Below, piece after piece: positions 53,140 through 60,686 of a stretch of DNA of 61,056 nt (position 1 is its first letter; the number at the start of each line of letters is the position of its first letter). Source of the DNA: a virus; IMG/VR virus record IMGVR_UViG_3300027498_000004, positions 1-61,056 of that record; one strand, given 5' to 3'. Both the position numbers and the translations under genes were made by a program. The notes under the pieces were generated by a model. It searched no databases. It had not been told where the DNA came from and saw only the letters and a program-made list of their open reading frames with translations.

Positions 53140-54141
53140 ATGAATTTTTACCCTCCAGAGGATGACGTGCAAGGGCACGAGAGAATTGGCGACACACTAT
53201 ACTTGATCGTCACAGTAATAATGGCTTTGTTTTTTATTCCTACCTTTTGCCAAGCCCAATGCACTCCCTGCAACGACTATTCAATATTCACTGTATACGT
53301 AAGAGGTGACATGGAGATAACCTATGAATCCAACACAAGCCCAAACCATCCAGGGTGGGAAGAGGGAATTGAATGCGATACTACTATAATTGTATTTTCA
53401 ATAGATGGAATCAGAGACACCATTGACCAGGAGCAATGTCACCAGGAAATAATATATCTAGGATGCGGACAGGAGTTTACGCTGATAGAGGATAAGGACA
53501 GCGACAGCGAGGTTCTATTTGTATACTACGACTCTTTAGTAATATCGGATCCAGTAGAGGACACCTTCATTACTTTGCATGAATGCGGAGAGTCTTATTC
53601 TTATACAGAAACTCACTCCAGCTACTTAGGCTGCGACTCTATTGTACACACACAAGTAATTGGATATCCTATTAGCGAATCCACCGACACCCTCCTCCAT
53701 CTAACAGACCACATTACAATCGACACATTGACTAATGAATACGGATGCGATAGTATAGTAACGATCGTCTGGATAGCAACCGACTTTGAAGAGGATCAAG
53801 AATATGAAATAGTGGAGATTGAAACCGAAACCGAAGAGACTCCACCTGCAGAAGAAGTAGAGCTGCAGGTGGATATACCAATAGAGGAGGAGCCAGAGCC
53901 AGTCGCGGATCTATACTTACCAAATGCATTCACACCGAATGGGGACGGCATCAACGATACCTGGCACCCTTTCCCAATAGATAAGAAAATACAATTCACC
54001 ATATATGATCGATGGGGAACAGAACTCTTCCAGGGCACCTCCTGGGACGGCTCCTTCCGCAACTTCAAAGTACAGGGCATAGTAGCATACAGGCTGGAGT
54101 ACGAAGGAGAGGTTCTATCTGGTACCATATCAATTCTATAA
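53140..54141 (+). CDS. secreted protein with a T9SS type-B C-terminal sorting domain (gliding-motility-associated CTD / CHU_C)
   Basis: Signal peptide ...LIVTVIMALFFIPTFCQAQ. Repeated GCDSIV modules and an acidic linker. C-terminus LPNAFTPNGDGINDTWHPF...FTIYDRWGTELFQGTSWDG...GIVAYRLEYEGEVLSGTISIL. Confidence 0.85.
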   Translation: MNFYPPEDDVQGHERIGDTLYLIVTVIMALFFIPTFCQAQCTPCNDYSIFTVYVRGDMEITYESNTSPNHPGWEEGIECDTTIIVFSIDGIRDTIDQEQCHQEIIYLGCGQEFTLIEDKDSDSEVLFVYYDSLVISDPVEDTFITLHECGESYSYTETHSSYLGCDSIVHTQVIGYPISESTDTLLHLTDHITIDTLTNEYGCDSIVTIVWIATDFEEDQEYEIVEIETETEETPPAEEVELQVDIPIEEEPEPVADLYLPNAFTPNGDGINDTWHPFPIDKKIQFTIYDRWGTELFQGTSWDGSFRNFKVQGIVAYRLEYEGEVLSGTISIL

Positions 54142-54170
54142 TTTATTTTTTCACCATAAATATATTACAC

Positions 54171-54878
54171 ATGAAGTATCTAATTTTTACAATCATCACA
54201 TTACTTGGCACAGTCGCATCAGCACAGAACGAAATCGAGACACAAGTAAACCTTGGATTAAAGAAGTCTCAATCAATACTGAGATATGGACTTGGAGACG
54301 TACTCCTGGTCGGGCCATTACTTGGAGGCATATCCGAGGTGGCATACGATGCACAGAATACGGTAAACGATATCCCCCTGGTCAACGTAAACTTTGCCGA
54401 CAAAGTGGTCGGAGTAATAGAGAAGGAGAGAGTTGCAGAGATTCAAAACATATACCTATCTGGAGAGCTGGCCATAAAGACATCTGGAATACGATTGGCA
54501 GCATCGATATCTCTAGGATCCTCCTCAATGTCGCTGGCTTCTTTCGAATCAATCCAGTCTGTACATGTAAGCCCAGGCATTGTCAAACTGATAGGAATTG
54601 ACTTTACTCCCTTAGAAATCAACCGAGACCTCGAGTTTGTATGGTATGACGCCATTGAAATAGGATATATGAACAGGATCAACTGGGAATCGATAATGCT
54701 TGGACAGAATATGAACCAGACCTTCAGTATAAGATTGAACGCTCCTTTCAAGAAGTATTCTACTAAGCACAGGAAGTATAAAGAATACAGACTATTTGTA
54801 GAGCAGTTCCTGGTACCAAGCAAAGGAGTAAAGTCGATCGGAACATACCAGGCTGGACTATCAATACAAATCAAATAA
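54171..54878 (+). CDS. exported protein, possible outer-membrane beta-barrel, directly downstream of the T9SS cargo gene
   Basis: MKYLIFTIITLLGTVASAQ. Alternating hydrophobic strands such as IRLAASISLGSS, TFSIRLNAPF, YQAGLSIQIK. The track start at 54012 overlaps the upstream gene. Confidence 0.7.
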   Translation: MKYLIFTIITLLGTVASAQNEIETQVNLGLKKSQSILRYGLGDVLLVGPLLGGISEVAYDAQNTVNDIPLVNVNFADKVVGVIEKERVAEIQNIYLSGELAIKTSGIRLAASISLGSSSMSLASFESIQSVHVSPGIVKLIGIDFTPLEINRDLEFVWYDAIEIGYMNRINWESIMLGQNMNQTFSIRLNAPFKKYSTKHRKYKEYRLFVEQFLVPSKGVKSIGTYQAGLSIQIK

Positions 54879-54946
54879 TTGTATCAATACAATTACCGAA
54901 ACTCAATGATAGCAAGCATAGTTAAAGAAAAATTGTATCAATACAA
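54877..54946 (+). promoter_or_regulatory. two copies of the palindrome AATTGTATCAATACAA (site E)
   Basis: 54877-54894 (AATTGTATCAATACAATT) and 54931-54946, with starts 54 bp apart. Upstream of the 54981 gene. Confidence 0.5.
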
Positions 54947-54980
54947 GTAAAATAATTTCACAACATAAAATCTAAAAGAG

Positions 54981-55733
54981 ATGAGACATTTAATTCTAAT
55001 TTTTGCAATACTAATCGGCACCCTATTGAACGCTCAAGATGATAATATCTACGATATATCACACATCGCAGTAAAGGACCGAGCGCAGCACTTCAAAGTC
55101 GATGCCGATATCCTCCAGGCAGTGATCGTGGCTTATATGGAGCCCGACTCAGTAGGATACCAGCTCATCACCGAGAAAGGTATGACGCAGAGGGGCAGCG
55201 TTTGGGAAATAGTACATAGGACGGCAAAGTATATGGCTATCCAAATGAAAACCAAGAGGAACTGCACCAATAACATCGCATGCTGGAAGCACACCTTCTT
55301 CAGCTTCATAGATATCATCCCTGAGCATCCAGGAATAGATGTGACAACGGAGCTGCACGATACTGGTAAAGGATACTTCAAAGAGGTGAAGGTCCAGCCA
55401 GAGCCCGAAATAATAATTAATATCGAGGATCCTATCAGCCTGACATGTGATAAGGATGACACGAGCTCTCTATGCCAATGGATGAAGGAACAGAGTGCTA
55501 AAGCCAGCGTTGATCAAATGAGGACTGAGAATTTAGAATGGCAGCAAAGCTTGAATGACCTGGAGTACGACTGGAAGAGGCTTGTAATAGAGATAGGTGA
55601 TATCATATCCAGTCCCCTCCAGGATATTGACCAATATGACCCCAATACGATGGTTGAGGCCTTATATCGGCAGATGGGGCAGCTAGAGAGCCAGACGATC
55701 AAGGTAATGGAGAAAAGAAATCAGTTTAATTAA
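54981..55733 (+). CDS. exported protein (signal peptide MRHLILIFAILIGTLLNAQ)
   Basis: ORF track; signal peptide. Confidence 0.75.
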   Translation: MRHLILIFAILIGTLLNAQDDNIYDISHIAVKDRAQHFKVDADILQAVIVAYMEPDSVGYQLITEKGMTQRGSVWEIVHRTAKYMAIQMKTKRNCTNNIACWKHTFFSFIDIIPEHPGIDVTTELHDTGKGYFKEVKVQPEPEIIINIEDPISLTCDKDDTSSLCQWMKEQSAKASVDQMRTENLEWQQSLNDLEYDWKRLVIEIGDIISSPLQDIDQYDPNTMVEALYRQMGQLESQTIKVMEKRNQFN

Positions 55734-55738
55734 ATAAA

Positions 55739-55772
55739 CTATTGTATATATGGAATAGTTAATGTATATTTG
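55739..55772 (+). promoter_or_regulatory. early promoter, site C (TTG-N20-TATATTTG)
   Basis: CTATTGTATATATGGAATAG (55739-55758). Perfect -7 box at 55765-55772. Confidence 0.6.
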
Positions 55773-55785
55773 AAAAAAGGTAATT

Positions 55786-56019
55786 ATGGCTTCAAAAGCA
55801 GAAATATTCACAGACGGCTTCCATATCACATCAACAAATAGTGGTCTGGTTTGGCTGAAAAAGAAATTCCACGCATCAAACTTTTTTCAAACATCTGAAG
55901 ATCAACTGGCATTTACTGTACCAGGCAAAAAGCTCTTGGATAGTTTTCCAGAGGTGTTCACTAGGATGAATGAACGACTATACTATTTCGAATTACAAAG
56001 GCTGAGAGGCAATTTATAA
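55786..56019 (+). CDS. hypothetical protein (77 aa)
   Basis: ORF track; first gene after promoter C. Confidence 0.65.
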   Translation: MASKAEIFTDGFHITSTNSGLVWLKKKFHASNFFQTSEDQLAFTVPGKKLLDSFPEVFTRMNERLYYFELQRLRGNL

Positions 56020-56031
56020 TTTAAGATCATA

Positions 56032-56102
56032 GGTACCATGTCCGAGTGGCTAGGAGTTGGTTTGCAAAACCAATCACATCGGTTCGAATCCGATTGGTAT
56101 CT
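56032..56102 (+). tRNA. tRNA-Cys (anticodon GCA)
   Basis: Folded by hand: acceptor GGUACCA/UGGUAUC, D arm UCC-GAGUGGCUA-GGA, anticodon arm UUGGU-UUGCAAA-ACCAA, variable loop UCAC, T arm AUCGG-UUCGAAU-CCGAU, discriminator U73. Confidence 0.85.
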
Positions 56103-56127
56103 CGGTTAGACTCTAGTTTTTTGTTGG

Positions 56128-56173
56128 CAGGATCGCCATACCTTCTCAAGGTCATTGGTGGTCCTGTTTTTTT
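56128..56173 (+). terminator. strong intrinsic terminator after tRNA-Cys
   Basis: CAGGATCGCCA pairs with TGGTGGTCCTG (11 bp including 2 G-U). Inner ACCTT/AAGGT stem, then T7. Confidence 0.75.
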
Positions 56174-56187
56174 AAAAGTAAACAATT

Positions 56188-56364
56188 ATGAAACGATACA
56201 TTTACAGGCGAAGAGATAAGTGGCTGTCAGAGGAAGGCATAGTAAAGTACTCGAACAAGATGGGACGTAAAGGCTGGAGAGTAGTTGGTATCCTCGCCAG
56301 TGGTGGTTATGTAAAGGGCAAGAGGCTCACTACACTGTACTTTGAAAAAAGAATCAAATCATGA
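56188..56364 (+). CDS. hypothetical basic protein (58 aa)
   Basis: ATG ORF below the track size cut-off. ATGA overlap with the next ORF. Confidence 0.5.
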   Translation: MKRYIYRRRDKWLSEEGIVKYSNKMGRKGWRVVGILASGGYVKGKRLTTLYFEKRIKS

Positions 56365-56525
56365 GTGATGCTAGAAAAATAATAACTATCCATGAAAAAC
56401 CATCAATACCAACAAAGGAGTATGATTGGTCGGCTTCAAGAGAAGATTATGAATTGGGTGATCATACTGGATTTGGTAGAACAGAGCAAGATGCAATTGA
56501 CCATTTAAAAGAATTAGAATCATGA
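56361..56525 (+). CDS. hypothetical protein (54 aa)
   Basis: ATGA overlaps on both sides. Confidence 0.5.
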   Translation: MSDARKIITIHEKPSIPTKEYDWSASREDYELGDHTGFGRTEQDAIDHLKELES

Positions 56526-57088
56526 GCAAGACTAAACCAATACTATTCAAGACGGACATGGTGGAAGCTATCCTCAACGGGACCAAGACTCAAACTAGAA
56601 GGCTTGTAAAAGATAAGAGTACAAAAGCAAAGTTTGCTCCAGGCGACTTTATGTGGGTAAGAGAGACCTGGCAATAAGTAGATTCATATAAGACTGGAAA
56701 GAAGGAGTATATTTTTAAAACTGATTATCCAGACCCCACAGGATACATTGAGGACTGGCAGGGCTGGAAGCCATCTATCTTCATGCCCAAGGATGCCTGC
56801 AGGTTATTTTTAAAGGTCACCAACGTATACAAGCAGGAGCTTGGCGAAATGACTCAAGAGCAGGCAATAGCTGAAGGCATAGAGGTGTTTTCTGATGGAA
56901 GATATAAGGATTACTTAATGGATAAGAACTATCCAACTCATGGGCACAACTTCCCACTACATTCTTTCAAGAGCCTATGGATGATGATCAACTATGACTG
57001 GAGCGACCTGGACGAGGTTTGGGTATATGAATTTGAAATAGCAGAGCGTCCAGATAACTTCTTAAATACAACCAATGGCAAAGGATAG
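56522..57088 (+). pseudogene. ASCH-like conserved phage protein (KTQTRR / VRETW / PSIFMP family) interrupted by an in-frame TAA at 56675-56677
   Basis: MSKTKPILFKTDMVEAILNGTKTQTRRL...PGDFMWVRETWQ, then a stop, then the same frame continues: VDSYKTGKKEY...GWKPSIFMPKDACRLFLKVTNVYKQELGEMTQEQAIAEGI... Confidence 0.75.
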
Positions 57089-57845
57089 CAAAATACAATG
57101 GACTGATCACACTGTAAACCTATGGTGGGGATGCAGCAAAGTACATACTGGTTGCAAGAACTGCTATGCAGAAAGTCTATCTAATAGATTCGGCAACGAT
57201 ATTTGGGGTGAGAAAAAAGGTCGCAAGCGTATCAAATCGGCATTCAACGACCTCGCGAAGTATCAGGCTCAAGCCCAAGACGAAGGAAAGAAGTACAAAA
57301 TATTTGTTGGCAGTATGATGGATATAGTGGAAGAGAACAAACCTCTCAACAATCCAATAATTGATTACGCTACAATCAGCGACTTAAGAATTAGACTATT
57401 TACTGAAATAGAGCTTGGATACTATCCAGACTTAATATTTCTATTCCTTACCAAGAGACCAGAACGCATTGAAGTATCAGTTCCAAAGATACTGCATTAC
57501 TTCCCCAACGTATGGTTTGGCACTTCTATCAGCAATGCCGAGACTGTATCGTATGGACGTATCCTCCAGCAAGCAAAAGTTCGAAACAAGTTCCTATCAA
57601 TAGAGCCCCATGTAGGAAGGATCAAGCACGATGACATTGGTGGCCTTCTGCATGGCATAGACTGGGTAATACAAGGAGGAGAGAGTGGACCAGGAAAGCG
57701 TCCCTTCGATATTGCCTGGGCACATGAGATGAGGGAGATATGCAGGCTATATAAAACGCCATACTTCTTCAAGCAGATAGACAAGGTCCAAGACAAGGAT
57801 CCTAAACACGAAGCATTATTTAAAAGAGAATTCCCAATATTTTAA
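57075..57845 (+). CDS. phage Gp37/Gp68 family protein (DUF5131)
   Basis: IQWTDHTVNLWWGCSKVHTGCKNCYAE N-terminal three-Cys motif. ...DWVIQGGESGPG... Confidence 0.8.
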   Translation: MAKDSKIQWTDHTVNLWWGCSKVHTGCKNCYAESLSNRFGNDIWGEKKGRKRIKSAFNDLAKYQAQAQDEGKKYKIFVGSMMDIVEENKPLNNPIIDYATISDLRIRLFTEIELGYYPDLIFLFLTKRPERIEVSVPKILHYFPNVWFGTSISNAETVSYGRILQQAKVRNKFLSIEPHVGRIKHDDIGGLLHGIDWVIQGGESGPGKRPFDIAWAHEMREICRLYKTPYFFKQIDKVQDKDPKHEALFKREFPIF

Positions 57846-57847
57846 CT

Positions 57848-58183
57848 ATGGACAAACCAAACCCAAAGCGACAATTCGAAAAAGGGCAGAGAGTAGTTGC
57901 CCTCCAGGATATGCCAGAAATAAAAAAAGGCGAGATCTATCCAGTCATCGATACTTTCATGTGCTGTGAGCAATCTATTGATGTCGGACTAATACTACCT
58001 GAAGGAGTAGTCAAGATATACTGCACCGAATGCAGGGACACGCTCCCACTATCCTCTTACTGGAGAAAGTCGCAGTACTTCGCTCCAGTCACCGAAGTAG
58101 ACGAATTTATACTGGAAGCAATGGATATCGTTCCTGAGCATATTTATATCAAGCCTAAAGAGCGCAAACCAGAGCTAGTATGA
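57848..58183 (+). CDS. hypothetical protein (111 aa)
   Basis: ORF track. Confidence 0.7.
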   Translation: MDKPNPKRQFEKGQRVVALQDMPEIKKGEIYPVIDTFMCCEQSIDVGLILPEGVVKIYCTECRDTLPLSSYWRKSQYFAPVTEVDEFILEAMDIVPEHIYIKPKERKPELV

Positions 58184-58338
58184 TCAAGACAGCATACATG
58201 ATCCCCATAAGAGATATTGCAACCTGGGAAGAGAAGGATGGCGAAATTATATCAATAGTTTACTGGGACGATATCCTTCCTGACTGGCTTCTTGATGAAC
58301 CAGACAATAGAATGACCATTGAAAAGATTAAATTATAA
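58180..58338 (+). CDS. hypothetical protein (52 aa)
   Basis: ATGA overlap with the previous stop; below the track cut-off. Confidence 0.45.
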   Translation: MIKTAYMIPIRDIATWEEKDGEIISIVYWDDILPDWLLDEPDNRMTIEKIKL

Positions 58339-58350
58339 AAATTAAGTTTT

Positions 58351-58632
58351 ATGGCAGTATACGTTGATAATATGGAAGCAAAATTCGGAAGAATGATTAT
58401 GTGTCACATGGCAGCCGATACATCTGATGAGTTATTTGAAATGGCAGATAAGATCGGAGTTGCAAGGAAATGGGTGCAAGATATAGGTTCTGCAAAGGAG
58501 CATTTTGATATCTCGAAAAGTAAGAAAAAGCTGGCAATCCAACATGGAGCAATTCAAGTAAGCATGAAGGAGCTAGTTGCAAGATCAATCAAGAAAGCCG
58601 ATTCTTATGAGGCATGGCTAAAAGAAAAATAA
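58351..58632 (+). CDS. DUF4031-family protein
   Basis: VYVDNMEAKFGRMIMCHMAADTSDELFEMADKIGVARKWVQ...HFDIS...AIQHGA. Confidence 0.7.
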   Translation: MAVYVDNMEAKFGRMIMCHMAADTSDELFEMADKIGVARKWVQDIGSAKEHFDISKSKKKLAIQHGAIQVSMKELVARSIKKADSYEAWLKEK

Positions 58633-59052
58633 ATGAATCCCAACTTACCACAGCCGATGACACCTCCGCCACCACCACCGAGGAGATTAAAAGATAGCCT
58701 CGAAGATTTACGATCTGCCAGGAGCCACATGATAAGTCTTATGTTTAATGAAATAATCAACTCAGAGAAGCATAATTTGATTGTTCAGCAATTGGTTGTA
58801 ATAGAAAGAGAGATGAAGGCCTTGGAGGATTATATAGCCAGCAAGAAGATCCCAAAGGTAAAGCACGTCAATATCCCTGTAATAGACTCACCAGCATACA
58901 AACGATGGCTCTGGTTCTACAATACCAAGTATGCAATCATCGATACACCTAAAGTAGTCAAGTTTATGGTAGAACTCTCGCTGTATAGCCTGGTTGAGGC
59001 TCTCCAGGAGATAGCCAATCCAGAAGGCACAAGTGATACTGGAGCTAAATAA
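58633..59052 (+). CDS. hypothetical protein with an N-terminal polyproline tract
   Basis: ORF track; the ATG abuts the previous TAA. Confidence 0.7.
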   Translation: MNPNLPQPMTPPPPPPRRLKDSLEDLRSARSHMISLMFNEIINSEKHNLIVQQLVVIEREMKALEDYIASKKIPKVKHVNIPVIDSPAYKRWLWFYNTKYAIIDTPKVVKFMVELSLYSLVEALQEIANPEGTSDTGAK

Positions 59053-59058
59053 TTCAAT

Positions 59059-59235
59059 ATGAGAATCAAATTTTTAATATCAGGTCAAGAAGAAGTCTTC
59101 CAGGAAAGAGAGAATTGTTTATTTGTACCAAGAATGGAAGATCTTGTATATATCGAACACGATACGTACAAAATAATCAGAATCGTGCACTTTATGGAAG
59201 AGCAGTATTGTACAATAACTATTGAAAAAGTATGA
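59059..59235 (+). CDS. hypothetical protein (58 aa)
   Basis: ATG ORF below the track cut-off; ATGA overlap with the next gene. Confidence 0.5.
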   Translation: MRIKFLISGQEEVFQERENCLFVPRMEDLVYIEHDTYKIIRIVHFMEEQYCTITIEKV

Positions 59236-59477
59236 ATAACTGGATATACGTAAGTTCTGGCAACCTCCCCTTAGATGAAGATATAGTCCAGATACTATAC
59301 AGTGACAATACTGTATCTGGAGGGGAATGGGGACCATGTGGAGAATTGGGAATTGTAATGTGGTATGATTGCTTTGAGGAATGTGATGCCAGGAATGATG
59401 ATGAGAAGAGAGTTGTTGCTTGGCAACCTATGGCAAAACCCCCGAAAGTCCTCCTCGGAAACTCTGAAAATAAATGA
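59232..59477 (+). CDS. hypothetical protein (81 aa)
   Basis: ORF track. Confidence 0.65.
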   Translation: MNNWIYVSSGNLPLDEDIVQILYSDNTVSGGEWGPCGELGIVMWYDCFEECDARNDDEKRVVAWQPMAKPPKVLLGNSENK

Positions 59478-59493
59478 TAAAATATAGAAAAAT

Positions 59494-59679
59494 ATGGCAA
59501 GCAGGCGATCAGGCAATTTAGTGATTACAAAGGTAGGCAAGAAGGGGCTGGTATATAACGATGAGTCCCCTATTAATGGGAAACACAGAGTATATGTGGT
59601 AAATTCAGAGATGGTCCAGAGTGGAGAGAAGTTGTTGGTTTCGGCAGATAACTTAAAAGTTATTGGATTTATTGATTAA
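59494..59679 (+). CDS. hypothetical protein (61 aa)
   Basis: ORF track. Confidence 0.6.
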   Translation: MASRRSGNLVITKVGKKGLVYNDESPINGKHRVYVVNSEMVQSGEKLLVSADNLKVIGFID

Positions 59680-59713
59680 CTATTGCATATATACAATACT
59701 TAATGTATTATTG
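59680..59713 (+). promoter_or_regulatory. early promoter, site D (TTG-N20-TATTATTG)
   Basis: CTATTGCATATATACAATAC (59680-59699). -7-like box at 59706-59713. Confidence 0.55.
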
Positions 59714-59735
59714 TATTGAAAGAACAATTTGATAT

Positions 59736-59771
59736 GAGGGCGGTTTCAGGTGTGGGATCGCCTTCTTTTTT
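59736..59771 (+). terminator. terminator/attenuator hairpin in the leader about 20-25 nt downstream of promoter D
   Basis: GAGGGCG (59736-59742) pairs with CGCCTTC (59759-59765), then T6. Located 20 nt before ATG 59792. Confidence 0.5.
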
Positions 59772-59791
59772 CGAACAATTAAAAAGGTAAC

Positions 59792-60055
59792 ATGATATAC
59801 TTCTCAGTCGGTGAGGTGATCACCATCGTAGTAATAGTTACTTGTGTAGTACTTCTCCTGATACTCTATATCGCTGGAAGTATAAAGCACTGGTTCAACA
59901 AACGAATCCTCAAGAAGAAGCTATTTTATTATAACTGGATCCCTGGTCATGGCAATGGTCGCGAAGAGTGGCACTGGTTTGAAACCTTAGAGGAAGCAGA
60001 GGAGTATAATGAAGAGCTCCGAGCCGACATTGTAAGGGAGGAGTTCAATTACTAA
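59792..60055 (+). CDS. small membrane protein (N-terminal TM)
   Basis: MIYFSVGEVITIVVIVTCVVLLLILYIAG... Confidence 0.65.
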   Translation: MIYFSVGEVITIVVIVTCVVLLLILYIAGSIKHWFNKRILKKKLFYYNWIPGHGNGREEWHWFETLEEAEEYNEELRADIVREEFNY

Positions 60056-60057
60056 AT

Positions 60058-60237
60058 ATGGTAAAAATAGGAATAAGAGCGAAAATCAAATCAACAGGTG
60101 AATTCGTAGACGAAACAATTATCTGTGACGACAAAATATACAAGTTAGATAATGATTCTTTATACGGATTTGTGAGCGACTATTTAGATACCCAACATGG
60201 AGATATTTTTAAATGGTTTCGCTTTTGGACATTGTAA
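60058..60237 (+). CDS. hypothetical protein (59 aa)
   Basis: ATG ORF just below the track cut-off, 2 nt after the previous stop. Confidence 0.5.
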   Translation: MVKIGIRAKIKSTGEFVDETIICDDKIYKLDNDSLYGFVSDYLDTQHGDIFKWFRFWTL

Positions 60238-60254
60238 ATCAACAAATAAGTAAT

Positions 60255-60656
60255 ATGCAAAAGGAAGTTTTTATAGTACAGGCTCCAGATGATAGCGTCT
60301 GGTCTGTTCACTACAAAGAAGATGTCGCTAAAAAGGAAAGCGACCGAATGAACAAAGAGTTCTCTGGATACCAGGTCAAGCCATACGATATCGAAGGCAT
60401 AGAACCTCCCAAGCCAATCAATGCCGAGAACCTAAAGGCTGCAGGCATCAATAACAGCCCTGGATATAGACATGGCAGATACGACACAGATGTATACAAG
60501 GTCGGCAACGTAAAGGTAGAACTGGATTACTTGCACGTGGATCCAAAGAATAAGCTTCAGAGCTTTAGTCCCCAGGTCGGGGAGATGAGCTTCGAAGGAG
60601 TAACTACTATGCGAGGACTCATGAATCTAATCGCTTATACTGGCGACATCAAATAA
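60255..60656 (+). CDS. hypothetical protein (133 aa; ATG 60255 preferred over 60213)
   Basis: ORF-track frame. The 60213 start would overlap the 60058 ORF. Confidence 0.65.
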   Translation: MQKEVFIVQAPDDSVWSVHYKEDVAKKESDRMNKEFSGYQVKPYDIEGIEPPKPINAENLKAAGINNSPGYRHGRYDTDVYKVGNVKVELDYLHVDPKNKLQSFSPQVGEMSFEGVTTMRGLMNLIAYTGDIK

Positions 60657-60686
60657 TTATAAATCAACAATTAAAATAATAGAACA

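Noticed and set aside
54171-54878. Direct annotation of this ORF as PorP/SprF.
   Set aside because: The characteristic N-terminal FSQY and NPA-type motifs are absent and the protein is short. It is kept only as a positional hypothesis in the findings.
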